Assembly: GCA_964016885.1 (NCBI GenBank)
Contig: OZ024740.1
Coordinates: 394,320,001 to 394,384,000 of the forward strand
Direction: 5' to 3'
Source of the DNA: Eledone cirrhosa
Taxonomy: Eukaryota
DNA length: 64,000 bases
Positions 40,601 to 53,888 of the stretch are shown one piece after another. Each line of letters opens with the position of its first letter. The stretch's first letter is position 1. A program made the translations under genes and the position numbers. The notes under the pieces are model-generated. The model saw only the letters and a list, made by a program, of their open reading frames with translations, was not told where the DNA came from and did not search any database.

Positions 40601-42053
40601 GACTATCTTGAATTGTGGACAGCCTATGCTAGACCTATCTATTTCCCTACAAAATACTCTATCTAGATATGATCTAGATGAACCTATGCGATTTGTCCAA
40701 GTCCACATTGGCACATTCGGGAAATCCAATCGGTACCTGTCAGACAGTTCAAAACGCCTGAGCAGGTTGGTGAGGCTCTTGCACCCTCCACCCCTATCCG
40801 CTAATCCCACACAGTCCCAGCATTCATCTAAGATCCCGTTCCAGTCGCCCACTAACACTAAAGAGCGGGACGTTCCAAGAAAGGTCTCCAGACGCCGGAA
40901 GAAATCAGGCCGCCCTGCTCCTGTCGGGGCATAGACGGCCACTAGCCTGAAAGCTTACCTGTCTCCGCTGGTCACGTCCGGCACCACCAACTTACCCTCT
41001 GGGTCCAGGAAGACGGCCCGTATGGCGAGATCCAAACCTCTCCGAAAAAGCACAGCAACTCCTCCCCCCGATCCAGGACGGCTGGGAGATGCGTACACAT
41101 CGTAGCCGCCGAATATCGGTGCGAAGGCCCGTGCTTCGGAGATTCTGGTCTCGCTGATGGCCACTACATCTATGTTTAGTGACCTGAGGCCTGTTGAGCA
41201 GGAGACCCTGCTTCCATGACGACCCCAAAACACGCGCATTTATGCTGCCTATTCTGAGTGAGGTCATGTTTAAAATAGAGTGGAAAAGAGGGGAAAGACC
41301 ACTTACCGTACTTTTCGTAGAGGAAGGATGGTTTTTCCATCCCTTTTCACTTGATCGTCTGGTGAAGGGACCGTTGAATCGTCCCTTCGGCTGGTCGTCG
41401 GCTCTTCTATGAGTATGTCCGAATATACTCTTCGGTTGCGTGCCCCTCCTAGGTCTCTGAAATCACCAACTGCGTTGGGGAATTTCGTTTTAATGTTTGT
41501 GTATTGTTTCTGTGCTATTTTTAGCAGTCTTATGTTAGTTGGCGTTTTGATTGGTGCTGGTATTATGTAGTCGTGTTGTGAAATGTCTGTGTGTTCAATT
41601 ATGTAAGTCATTAGTTTCTTGTTGTGTGTATTTATTGCCGTGCATTTGTTTTTCTGGGGGTGGGGTGTGGTTCTGCTATTTTCTTGTCGTTGTTGCTGGG
41701 TGTGTGTGTTTTGTTGTTGTGTTTGCGATGTTGGTTCTTGTGGTGGTGGTGTTGAAGGTGTTGTTGGCGGTGGGGTTGTCGCCGGTGGTGATGGTGGTGC
41801 TAGTGTGGGTGGTGATGGTGTTGGTGGTGTTGCTGCTGTGAGTCTCTTTGCAGTAGCCTTTACCCTTTTTTCATTTCTTCCCTCCCTTTTCAAAGGCCAC
41901 GATGCGCTGCTTCTGCGTTTGTGCCTTCTTACGACCTTTTGCCATCCCTCTCCCACCTCACACTCCATGTCTGATTCTGTGAGGTCGGGGAGGGGTACCA
42001 GCTCCACTCTTTCACTTGTTGTTGTTGGTGATGTTTGCAGCTGCATTTGGTAT
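37683..42053 (-). mobile_element. Tx1-clade LINE copy A (3' end to mid-ORF1)
   Basis: ORF2 with APE, RT and zinc finger, plus ORF1 C-terminus at 41303-42046; 3' end abuts (AAT)n. Confidence 0.9.
37990..41267 (-). pseudogene. Tx1 ORF2 (APE endonuclease, reverse transcriptase, C-terminal zinc finger), frameshifted
   Basis: SINAR, ISET, GDWN, LDR, TDH; PGLDG, FRPITLLN, LDQSKAFD, QGCPLS, YADD; CPRC...ETVLHALVQC. Confidence 0.92.
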
Positions 42054-42490
42054 TGAGCCGAGGAGCGGTGGCGCTTCTGAGAAAGGATCCGAACAAGGGA
42101 GATAACATTGATAATTTCAGGCCCATAACTCTGCTAAACCCAGAGTTCAAGATTTTGGCCAAGGTGCTAGCAAAGAGTTGGCGTTGTCATTGGTGGTCTG
42201 GTGGGAGAGGCGCAGACCTGCGCCATTCCCGATAGATCCATCCACGACAACCTCCGCCTCATGCGATACATCGTAGAGAGGGTAGCTAGGGAACCTGGCA
42301 CGGGTGGATCCTTGATCAATTTAGAACAGTCGAAAGCTTTCGATAGGGTCGACCATCGTTACCTAGCGGCAGTCCTGAGGCCTGCTGGCTTTGGGCGCGT
42401 CTTCAGAAGCTGGATCGCTGCCATGCACAACGATATCTGCTCTGTGCTGAGAGTGAACGGTCACCTTTCGGAACCGTTCAACATCATGCA
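42054..42490 (+). mobile_element. inverted Tx1 RT fragment
   Basis: Reverse complement of ~39344-39779 (FRPITLLN, QSKAFDRVDH). Confidence 0.9.
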
Positions 42491-45479
42491 GTAGACGCCC
42501 GCCAAGAGGCCTCCGAACAAGTCTGGCATCTGTACGTAAAGTTCATAGGGCAGACCATCCAAACCAGGCGATTTACCCCTTGTGCAGCCAATCATTGCCT
42601 CCCTTACTTCAGCGGCTGTTATCGGCTTTTCGCAACACTCCGCCTCAGTGGCCGAGAGCCACGGCAGTCCGTCGAGTTACACATTAAAGTCCATCCCTCG
42701 ACCCGGCCCACCGCTGCCCCCCGAACAGCTGAGCGAAGTGTCGCTGAAAAGCTTCACACATTTGCCCGGGATCGAGTAGCATGCGCCCGTCGTGGTCCAC
42801 GAAAGACCGGATCGTGGTTTTGTTGCCACGACGCGTCTCCGCCACTCGGGCCCATTGAACGGCTTTTGTCCCCTCGTGTCTGAGAGCACGCACCCTAGCT
42901 CTGACAACGGAGCATTCGTGCTTTGCATTGAAGAATTGGTCAAGGGCCAATTCTGCCGCAAGCACGTCGGTGTCGATGCCTTTGCTAAGCGCCTCGTCTA
43001 ATTTTCTAACTAATTCTCCCTCTGCTCCTTTTTTCTCTATTGCTAAAGCCTGCTTCCATGACGACCCCAAGCCACGCGCATTTATGCTGCCTATTCTGAG
43101 TGAGGTCATGTTTAAAATAGAGTGGAAAAGATGGGAAAGACCACTTACCGTACTTTTCGTAGAGGAAGGATGGTTTTTCCATCCCTTTTCACTTGATCGT
43201 CTGGTGAAGGGACCGTTGAATCGTCCCTTCGGCTGGTCGTCGGCTCTTCTATGAGTATGTCCAAATATACTCTTCGGTTGAGTGCCCCTCCTAGGTCTCT
43301 GAAATCACCAACTGCGTTGGGGAATTTCGTTTTAATGTTTGTGTATTGTTTCTGTGCTATTTTTAGCAGTCTTATGTTAGTTGGCGTTTTGATTGGTGCT
43401 GGTATTATGTAGTCGTGTTGTGAAATGTCTGGGTGTTCAATTATGTAAGTCATTAGTTTCTTGTTGTGTGTATTTATTGCCGTGCATTTGCTTTTCTGGG
43501 GATGGGGTGTGGTTCTGCTATTTTCTTGTCGTTGTTGCTGGGTGTGTGTGTTTTGTTGTTGTGTTTGCGATGTTGGTTCTTGTGGTGGTGGTGTTGAAGG
43601 TGTTGTTGTTGTTGGCGGTGGGGTTGTCGCCGGTGGTGATGGTGTTGCTTGTGTGGGTGGTGATGGTGTTGGTGGTGTTGCTGCTGTGAGTCTCTTTGCA
43701 GTAGCCTTTACCCTTTTTTCATTTCTTTCCTCCCTTTTCGAAGGCGACGATGCGCTGCTTCTGCGTTTGTGCCTTCTTACGACCTTTTGCCATCCCTCTC
43801 CCACCTCACATTCCATGTCTGATTCTGTGAGGTGAGGGAGGGGTACCAGCTCCACTCTTTCACTTGTTGTTGTTGGTGATGTTTGCACTGGAGTCTCTGT
43901 TGCAGCTGCATTTGGTATTACTGTTGTTGTTGTTAATACTTCCACTGCTGCTGCTGTTTTTGATTTCCGTGGCGTGTGTATGGGTGCCACGGACCTATCG
44001 TTCCTGGTTGCCGCTTGTCCTGTTGTTGATAGCCGTGGAGCCGGTTTCGGAAGGAGGGGGGTTTTCTCCTTTCTCAGGGTCTTCTCGTTGCAGAAGGCCC
44101 TGAGGTGAGTTTTCGATCCACAGCGAAAGCATTTCGGGCGTTTGCCCTCAACACTTATGGGTAGTTCAGTGCCGTTATCGAAGTCTATCACATCCGGGAT
44201 AGCTTCGATGCACTCCTGGTTGGTTTGGATTAACATCTCAATGGAGGTGCCGACCCAATTTTCTCTTACTTTTTTCTGTACTTGCAGTAGAGTTGTTTTG
44301 TCCTCGATTCCGACGAGGACAGACGCGGCCAGCGAGGAAGGGGCCATCCCGGGGGGGGGGGGGGGCGTAGGTCAGTTTGACCCTCACAATTTTTTGCCCG
44401 CAGTAGGAGGGCACCAACACCATTTCCTCGCTCCTTAGGGTCACTAAGGATTGAGCCTTTGCCTCCTGGGGTGTGGCAAAAAGCACGTCTACGGTGGCAT
44501 ATTTCTTGCCTGGGGTGATGTGCGTTTTCCGCTGCCACACAGACCCTAAGGCTTTTTGTATTTGAGCCTCTGTGGCACTTTCAACCCTACGGGATTTTGT
44601 GCTTACTGTACGGTACGTGACCGTACAGTGCTGTTGGGTTTCGAAAAATGTTTCGGCTGCCTTGCAGATTGCTCGGTGTCCGGTTTTTGTCACCATCTTC
44701 TTCGCTTCCTGCAATTCCTCATTTGTTATGAGGATGGTTTCCAGGTTCTTTGCGATACCTGCAAACGAGATTGGTTTTTCTTTGCTGCTATTGTTGTTGT
44801 TGTTGTTGTCGTCAGAGCTGCTGTTACTTTTGTTGTTGCTGCAGGTACTACGACTACTGCCGCCGCCGCTGTTGCTGTGGCTGCTGCTGTTGTTGCTGCT
44901 AATGCTGTTGTTGTTTATGCTGCTGCTGATGCTGTTGCGGCTGCTACTGTTGTTTCCTTGTCACTGTTGCTGCTGCCGCTGTTATTACGGCTGCTACTGC
45001 TATTATTCCTGACGTCAGACGAATGAAATGGGTTTTCGTATTTCCCGCACACCTTTTTCGTCGTTGTCGTCGTCGTCGGGGAGAAATGTTGCACGCTTTG
45101 CACGTGATTTCTCTTTACTGGCGTCGCTTGCGAAAGAGAAGGGAGGGAGAGAGACACACTTAGAGAAGGGAGGGAGCGAGACAATCTTCTCTCTGCTGTA
45201 GTGACGATTGAGGAAGAAGAAGACGGAATGAGTGGGAGTGACCTATGAAAATTCTTTTTCGTAGCCATGTTTTTTTTTTGTTTAAAATAAATATTGGGCA
45301 CAAAACCCCAATAAGCGGTTATTTAACCCCGAAGGGCCAAATAACGGGCAGAGAGACCCCTCTCGCGAGGAGGAGGGTGTTTTTGTCTACAATTTGGTTA
45401 AAGTTTTAAACAATTTACAATTGTTATAGCGGTCAAAATTTACAATACTTTACAGAGCCGTGCCTCCGTCAACCATAGC
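42488..45479 (-). mobile_element. Tx1 copy B (5' UTR, ORF1, internally deleted ORF2 start)
   Basis: 43047-43920 duplicates 41207-42053; ORF2 start is fused in frame to the post-APE region at ~43049. Confidence 0.88.
43145..45268 (-). pseudogene. Tx1 ORF1 gag-like protein with CCHC knuckle
   Basis: RPKCFRCGSKTHLRAFC; frameshift at G-run 44351-44365 and a premature stop near 44915. Confidence 0.85.
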
Positions 45480-45497
45480 ATTCAATAATAATAATAA

Positions 45498-45605
45498 TTG
45501 TTTCTACTTTAGGCACAAGGCCAGCAATTACCCAGTGCATTACTGGTACTTTATTTTATCGACCCCGTAAGGATGAAAGGCAAAGTCAACCTCGGCGGGA
45601 TTTGA
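45498..45605 (-). mobile_element. 5'-truncated Nin-domain SINE
   Basis: Reverse complement of the SINE body; 18-bp TSD ATTCAATAATAATAATAA at 45480-45497 and 45606-45623. Confidence 0.85.
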
Positions 45606-45623
45606 ATTCAATAATAATAATAA

Positions 45624-48078
45624 GAAGAAGAAGATGTTGTTTGGACAGCTTGAAGGGAAAGAAAGAAGCAACGACTTGATCCCTGAGGCGGAATAAGCTA
45701 AAACATTCTGGAGAGGAATATGGGAGCAGGATGTTAAACATAATGACCAGGCAGTGTGGATTGAGACAGTACAGAAGGAGATCAGTGAACAGGCACACCA
45801 ACAAACTGATTTGAGTATCACAGTTAAAACTCTTAAGGAGCAGGCCAAAAAACTAACGAACTGGAAATCACCAGGCCCAGATGGTGTGCAGGGGTATTGG
45901 ATTAAAAATATAACATCCCTCCACCCGAAACTGACAACCATGTTCAATGACTGCTTGATGTCAGGTGAGGTACCAGAGTGGTTGACAAAAGGTACCACAG
46001 TTCTAATAATGAAAGACCGAATCAAGGGTAATGATGTTACCAACTATAGACCTATCACATGTCTGTCCGTAATGGGGAAACTGTTGACAAGCATTATGTC
46101 TGAGGAAATCTACCATCACCTCCACACAAACAACTTGTTACCGGACGAACAGAAAGGATGCCGAAAGAAGTCACGTGGTACAAAGGACCAGTTACTTATT
46201 GATAAGATGGTAATGGGGATTTGCAAGAGGAGACACACTGATCTTGCCATGGGATGGATAGACTACAGAAAGGCATTTGACATGGTGCCTCATTCTTGGA
46301 TCACCAAAAGCCTGGAGATCTTCAAGGTGGCAGATAAGATCAGACAGTTGTTGGGCAAAATTATGAAGTCCTGGGAAACAGAGTTAACATCAACTGGAGA
46401 ATCCTTGGGAAGCGTGAAGATCAAGAGAGGTATCTTCCAGGGAGATAGTCTGTCCCCTCTGTTGTTTGTCCTTGCCCTGATGCCCCTGACCAGTGTACTG
46501 CGAAAAGTGAGAGCAGGATACAGGTTGGGAAAGGGAGGGCTTACCATAAATCACCTCCTCTTCATGGACGATCTTAAGCTCTTCGGGAAGAGTGAGAAGG
46601 AGTTGGATGTGCTTGTTGACACTGTCCGTATTTTCAGCAATGATATATGTATGCAATTTGGTATTAGAAAGTGTGGAGTCATTGTGATGAGGAAGGGTAA
46701 GTTGAGCAGAAGTAACGGAATCCAGATACCAACAGGTGAGATGATAAAGGAAATTGACTCTGAGGAAGGATACAAGTATTTGGGCGTTCTGGAGGCTGAT
46801 GACATCAAGAACAAAAAAAATGAAGGAATTGATAAGAACTGAATACTTTCGGAGAGTAAGGAGCGTATTAAAGTCACATCTGAACAGTAGGAATGCCATA
46901 AGTGCAGTAAATTCCCGAGCTGTGTCTATTATTAGGTACAGTGCGGGAATTCTGAGATGGAATGTTGCTGAACAAAAAGAAATGGATAGGAAGACTAGGA
47001 AGCTATTGACTATCTACAACATGTTCCACAAGAAGAGTGATGTCGATAGACTCTACTTAAGGAGATCTGAGGGTGGAAGAGGTCTTATCAACATAGAGGA
47101 CTGTGTTCAGATGGAGAAAAACAACCTACACAAATACGTGACTGATAGTAAGGAGCCAATGCTCAGAACTGTACTGAAGGAGGGGACAATAGGCCAGGGG
47201 ATGTCCAAGGAGGAAATAACATCAAGGAGAAAGAGCAGCCTTCAGGAAAAATCCCTTCATAGTACATTCTTTGAGAGAACTGAATTTAGAGATCCACAGA
47301 CATGGAACTGGTTGAAAAGAGGAGACCTTAAAAAGGCTACAGAAGGAATGTTAATGGCTGCGCAGGAGCAGGCCCTCAAAACGAAGTGGTTGAAACACCA
47401 CATTTACAAGGAGGAGGCTAGTTCACTGTGCAGGATCTGTGGAGAGAGAGAGGAGACTGTGGCTCACATTGTATCCGAGTGTAAACACCTAGCGCAGACT
47501 CACTATAAGGGCTGGAGACATGATGTGATGGGCAGGGTGATCCACTGGCACCTATGCAAAGTAAACAATTTACCACATTCTGAGAAGTGGTATGAGCATA
47601 AGCCAGAGGCGGTGATAGAAAACGATCAGGTGAAGGTGCTGTGGGATTTTAGGATACAGACGGACAAGAAACTGAAACACAATAGACCTGACCTGGTGGT
47701 TTTGGACAAAGAAAAAAGATCGTGCCTGATTGTGGATGTGGCCTGCCCATTCGACACGAGAGTGCAAAAGAAGGAGAGGGAGAAAATTAACCGATACCAG
47801 GACTTAAAGTGGGAGGTAAAAAGGATTTGGAACTGCCATGAAGTCAAAGTGATCCCGATTGTCATAGGCGCACTAGGTACTATCTCAAAAAGTTTCCAGG
47901 GATGGTGAAAGAAAATTGGCCCCTTCACGCTTTTTGGAACGCTTCAAAAGCATGCTTGCTGGGAACAGCAAGAACCCTCCGATACGTCCTGAATATCTGA
48001 GGCTGCAGGTAGTGGCTTGATATTCATTTCAACAAACTTTCCAGTTAACTAACATCAATGACTGAGACTCAAAGAGTA
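45624..48078 (+). mobile_element. Dong/R4-clade LINE, 5'-truncated, RT plus restriction-like endonuclease
   Basis: NWKSPGPDG, YRPITCL, DYRKAFD, GIFQGDSLSPL, LFMDD; CRIC...HIVSEC, RHD, RPD..D RLE; frameshift at A-run ~46813-46819 and TGA at 47906. Confidence 0.93.
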
Positions 48079-48298
48079 ATTTTATTATTTATATAAGAAA
48101 AGAAAAAAGACATAAAACATATATATATATAAACAAAAAAATGAAAATTGAAACAATGAAAAATTCCCCAATAGGGGAGAAACCTCCGAGGGTTACTCGT
48201 GGCGAAAACCACATAAAAGACCACGGCCACCCTGACGACCAGGGCAAGCGCCCTCTCTTAATTTTTCCATCTCTCAAACTACAGACGTATATTCAGAG

Positions 48299-48458
48299 TG
48301 GAACGCTTCAAAAGGCATGCTTGCTGGGAACAGCAAGAACCCTCCGTTACGTCCTGAATATCTGAGGCTGCAGGTAGCGGCTTGATATTCATCTCAACAA
48401 ATTTTCCAGTTAACTAACATCAATGACTGAGACTCAAAGAGTAATAACAATAATAATG
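48299..48458 (+). mobile_element. short Dong 3' tail nested at the end of Tx1 copy C ORF2
   Basis: Duplicates 47935-48078 and ends in (AAT)n; interrupts sequence that is contiguous in copy A. Confidence 0.85.
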
Positions 48459-51400
48459 ACCATTCTCGCTACATTCACCCACCTTTCAACAAACTTGCTA
48501 GAAAACAGCACTTGCCTCTCCACCCTGATTCTCCTCTTCAAGTGAAACTTGAAAAAGTTAATCAGGGATTCGCCGAAGAGGAAAGTGTTTGTCTTTAATC
48601 CTTTTAACCTTGTCCACCACACAATCTCTTTCGCCATGGCCACCAGGCAGATGAAAACCGCCTGCCCTTCCTCCTCAAAGGAAGACGGCGAGACCATCTG
48701 CACAATGGACTCAGTCGACAACCGGATCAGTCCCACACGTGACAGCAACTGTTCGACATAGCTCCACAAGTCAGCAATGCTCGGACACTGATCGAGTGCG
48801 TTCACAACGGTTTCGTCGCTATGCACGCATCTCGGACAGGCTCGGCTGACGGCATTTCCGTGCCTGTAGAGCTTATCTCGAACCGGCAGCGCTCCCCGGT
48901 AGCACTGCCAGGCCAGGGATTTTTGGAAGTTATCCATACGTCCCGGGCTGAAAGTTCTTCGGAAGAGAGCAAGCAGCTGATCTTCTTCGACGCCCAGGAT
49001 CTCTCCGAGAACGTCGTCGCTCTTCCTCTCCACTAGTCCTCTATAGAACGCCGAGGTGGATGTTCCACCGATACTCGTGCCCAACTGGGAGAGGGCAGTG
49101 AGCGCCTGGAGACATTCCAGTTTCCAAGCGCTATCCCTCGGTCTTTTTCTGACCCAGGACTGCAGCTCCGTCAAGGAGACGAGCTGTGGGAAAATGTGCC
49201 TGGCAAACGGCGACCACACCCGTTCACCATCAAGGAAGCACCAGAGATGTCCCAGCCTCAGCGCATGTTTGCGCATCATCAGCCATGGCATGCCCAGTCC
49301 TCCACGCAACGGGTGTTGACAGCAGATGGATCGTCTGACCATGGGAGCGCGTCCCTTCCACAAAAAGCGGAAGAGGAGGCGCTTCATTTTGGTGAGAGTT
49401 GGGCTGGAGCAAGGGACGACGGTGAGGCGGTAGCAGATGACGGATGCGATGTACGCAATCGCCACTTCCGCCGGCCTTTCAGGGACAGCTTCCTCTCAGC
49501 CCATTTCTGGGTGAGGGAGGCCACCCTGCTCGTCACCTCGTTCCAGTTTTTCTCCATCTGGAGGTCCGGTCCGAACCAGACCCCGAGCAATTTAACCGGT
49601 CCGTCCGTCCAACGCCCCACGACGCTGTCGGACGGCATGGACTTGCCTCTTCAGGTGCCTAGCTGCAAGCCCACCGACTTTTCCTGGTTTATCTTTGCTC
49701 CTGTCACCATTTCGTATTCCTTGAGAGCGGTGCCGAGCATCTGGACGTGTCTGGTGCTCGACACCACCACGGTGACGTCGTCAGCGTAAGCCGACTCGGA
49801 TTTCCCGCATCCTAGTTCGCGTGGGACGCCCCTCATCGCCCCCAGTTTGTGCAGTAACGGCTGGAGAGCCAATACGTACAAGAGGGACGAGAGGGGACAA
49901 CCCTGGCGGACTGAGCGCATGATGCTGAACGGCTGCGACAGGTGACCGTTCACCCTCACAACTGAGCAGATGTCGCTGTACATTGCTGCGATCCAACGCC
50001 TGAAAACAGGCCCGAAACCGGCTGCCTCGAGGACCGCCGCCAGGTACCGATGGTCGACCCTATCAAATGCTTTGGATTGATCCAAGTTGATCAGGGCCCC
50101 ACCCTTGCCAGGTTCCTTAACCACCCTCTCTATGATGTATCGCATGAGGTGGAGGTTGTCGTGTATGGATCTGTCCGGGATGGCGCATGTCTGCGCCTCT
50201 CCCACCAGACCCTTGACGACAAGCGCCAACCTCGTTGCTAACACCTTGGCCAAAATCTTGAACTCTGCGTTTAGCAGGGTTATGGCCTGAAATTATCAAT
50301 AACATCCCCCTTGTTCGGGTATTTTCTCAGCAGCGCCAGTGCTCCCCGGCTCACAAAACTGGGAATGCTCCCGTTCTGCTGCCAGTTGCAGTAGACGTCT
50401 GCCAAGAGGTCACCGAACAAGTCTGGCATAAATGCATAAAGCTCGTAGGGCAGACCATCTAAACCTGGCGATTTACCTCTTGTGCAGTTAGCCATCGCTT
50501 CCCGTATTTCACCGGCTGTTATTGGCTTTTCGCAACACTGTGCTGCGGTCGTCGAGAGCCGAGGCAGTCCGTCAAGGTATGCACTGAAGTCCATGTCCCG
50601 ATCTGGGCCGCCGCCGCTCCCGAACAGTTCAGCAAAGTGCTGCTGAAAAGCTTCACACTCGGCTCGGGTTCGAGCATCACGCACCCGTTTTGGTCAGACA
50701 AAGACCGAATTGTGGCTTTATTGCCACGTCGCGCCTCTGCCACCCGGGCCCATTGGACGGCTTTTGTCCACTCGTGTTTCAGAGCACGCGCTCTAGCTCT
50801 GACAACGCAGCCTTCGTGTTTTGCGTTGAAGAATTGGTCGAGTGCCAATCTCGCCGCAAGCACGTCGGTTGTGATGCCTGTCCTAAATGCCTCTTCTAGC
50901 TTTCTGACTAGCTCTCCCTCTACTCTATTTTCCTCTATCACTACACCTTTGCTAAACCTAATCGACTCTACTTTAATTGCCCTTTTCAGGGCAAACCACC
51001 ACCTGTTGTTGACGACCGCTCCCGTCAACGCCCGCTTAACTAATACGCTAATCCGGTCTCTGTAGGCCTTGCGCGCCGGGAAAGACGCGTTCAGCTTCCA
51101 GTAACCAGGCCCTTGTCTATGTAGACTGTCTATGTCGATCTCACAGATCACAAATTTGTGGTCTGTGTAGTCGACTATTTTAAATTGTGGACAACTTATA
51201 CTAGCCTTATCTACTTCCCTGCAGAATACCCTATCTAGATACGATCTGGATGACCCGATGCGGTTTCTCCATGTCCACATTGGCACATTCGGGTGATCCA
51301 GTCGATACCTGTCAGACAGTTCAAAACGTCTGAGCAGGTTGGTGAGACTCTTGCACCATCCTCCCCTATCCACTAGCCCCACACGATCCCAGCGTGCATC

Positions 51401-51838
51401 CAAGATACCGTTCCAGTCGCCCACTAACACTAAAGAGCGGGACGTTCCAAGAAAGGTCTCTAGACGTCTGAAGAAATCTGGCCGTCCTGCCCCTGTTGGG
51501 GTGTAGACGGCTACTAGCCTGAAAGCATTGCCTTCGCTGCCGGTCACGTCCAGCACCACCGACTTACCTTCTGGGTCCAGGAAGATGGCCCGTATCGCGA
51601 GATCCAAGCCTCTCCGAAAAAGGACGGCAACCCCTCCCCCCGATCCTGGACGGCTGGGAGATGCGTATACATCGTAGCCGCCGAAGATCGGTGCGAAGGC
51701 CCGTGCCTCGGAGATTCTGGTTTCACTGATGGCCACCACATCTATGTTTAGTGACCTGAGGTCATTGAGCAGGTGACCCTGCTTCCAAGATGACCCCAGG
51801 CCACGTGCATTTATACTGCCTATTCTGAGTACAGCCAT
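48459..51838 (-). pseudogene. Tx1 ORF2 (APE-RT-zinc finger), frameshifted
   Basis: MAVLRIGSINARG, GDWN, TDH, PGLDGLPYE, LDQSKAFD, RQGCPLS, YADD, CPRC...C spread over five ORF-track pieces. Confidence 0.92.
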
Positions 51839-51874
51839 GTTGGATGTGAAACGGGGCAAATGAGAAAGGGTCAC

Positions 51875-53888
51875 TTACCTTGTTCGTGTGGTGAAGGGAC
51901 AGTAGAACCGTCCCTTTCGCTGGTCATGGGTGTTTCCAAGAGGATTTCAGTGTATATCCTCGTGGTAACCGTCCCTCTGAAGTCTCCAACTGCATTGGAG
52001 AATTTTTGTTTTAAAGGTTTGTATTGTTCTAATGAGATTTCGATGATGCTTATGTTTGTCGGGAGAGTTCTTGGTGTTGGTGGGGGTGTAGTAATTTTTT
52101 TCCGTGATGTCTGTGTGCTGCTTTATATATTTTATGAGTTCTTTTTTTGCTATGTTTATGGCTGTGTACTTTTTTGGGGGAGAGGTGATTTTGTTGCCGT
52201 TTTCTTCTTGTTGCTGTTTGGTGTGTGTGTCTTGTTGTGTTTGCGTTGTTGGTGTTTGTGGTGGTTTCCTTGCTGCCTTTACCCCTCTTTGTATGCCTTC
52301 GCTTTTGGAGGGTGAATCTAAGGTTTTTTTTTGTTTTTTGTTTTTGTGGCAGACTGTTTGCCACGTCACTCCCGCCTCAAACTCCATGTCGGATTCTGTG
52401 GCGTCTGGGGGGGGGGGGTATGTGCTCCGCGGCTGTTGGTGGTGGTAGTGGAGCCCTCTTCGGCAATGTTGTTGCTGGTGTAGCTATTTCAAATGTAGCT
52501 ATTGGTGTTGCCGCTACTGATGATGCTGCTTTAGTTATCCGTGGCCTTGGTACGGGTGCTACGGACGTTGCCCTCCTACTCACCGTGGAAGGGGCTTCTT
52601 CGTTTGTTGCCTGTCCTGCTCTTGGTAGCAGCGGACCAGGTATTGGAAGGAGAGGGGCCCTCTTCGGTGTCTTCTGCGGGCAAAAGGCCCTGAGGTGACT
52701 TTTCGACCCACAGAGATAACATTTTGGCCGTCTTCCTTCTACACTTATAGGGAGTTGGAGTCCTTCCTCAAAGTCTATGATATCGGGGATAGCCTCGATA
52801 CATTCCTGGTCAGTTTGTATAAGCATTTGCATGCCTATACCTGACCAGTTCTCTCTCCCTATTTTCTCTACTTGCAGCAAGGTCGCCCTGCTCTCAATTC
52901 CAGCAAGGACAGACGCGGCCAGCCAAGGTATGGGCACGTCGGGTGGAACCTGGGTCACTTTGACCCTCACAATTTTCTGCCCGCAGTAGGAGGGCACCAA
53001 GACTAACTCCTCACTCTTTAGGGTTTCCAAAGAGTGAGACTTTGTTTCCTGGCGGGTGGCGAAAAGTACGTCTACTGTGGCGTACTTTCTGCCTCGGGTG
53101 ATGTGGGTTTTGCGTGCCCAGACGCACCCCAAGGTCTTTTGGATTTGAGCCTCCGTGGCTCTCTCCACTCGATGTGAGATTTTGCTTACGGTGCGGTAAG
53201 TCACCGTTCGTAGATGCTGGTCCTTGAAAAATTCGGGTGGAGGTTTCAGGGAAACTCTATTTGCGCTTCTTGTCACCATGACCCTTGCGACTGCCATCTC
53301 CTCTTCTGTAACTAACACTGTCTCGATATTTCGGGCGACACCTGCAAAAGAAGTGGTCCCTTTTTCAGCAGCACCACTATTGCTGCCGCTACTGGTCTTA
53401 CTGGTGGTGCTGAGGTCGCTTTTACAGGTATCGGTGTCATTGTTGTTGGTGTTGTTTTCGTTGATACTGTTGCTGCTGTTACTGTTATTGTGGCTGTTGT
53501 TATTATTGTTGTTTTTGTTGATAGTGTTCCTACTATTATTGTTGTTGTGGCTGTTGTTATGGTCATTGTTATTGTCGTTCTCGACTTTACCGCTGTTATT
53601 TTTGTTATTGTCGTTCTCGACCTTACCGCTGTTATTTTTGTTATTGTCGTTCTCGACTTTACCGCTGTTATTTTTGGTGTTGTTGTTGGTGATGTTGTTG
53701 GTGTTATTGTTGGTGTTGTTTGTGTTAGAAATATTTGTTAATTTTAAATCTGTAACAATCTTTTTTTCCTTTGTAATATTTTCGTTTATATTTACCTCCG
53801 CTGGAACGCTGTCTTGTTGACATGCTGATAAAGTCTCCCTCTCTCTGTATTGTCTGACAGCGCTCTCTCTCTTTTTTGTGTTATCCAT
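51875..53888 (-). pseudogene. Tx1 ORF1 with Asn-rich N-terminus and CCHC knuckle
   Basis: RPKCYLCGSKSHLRAFC; ~3 x 36-bp NNSGKVENDNNK repeats; frameshift at G-run ~52407-52418. Confidence 0.87.
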
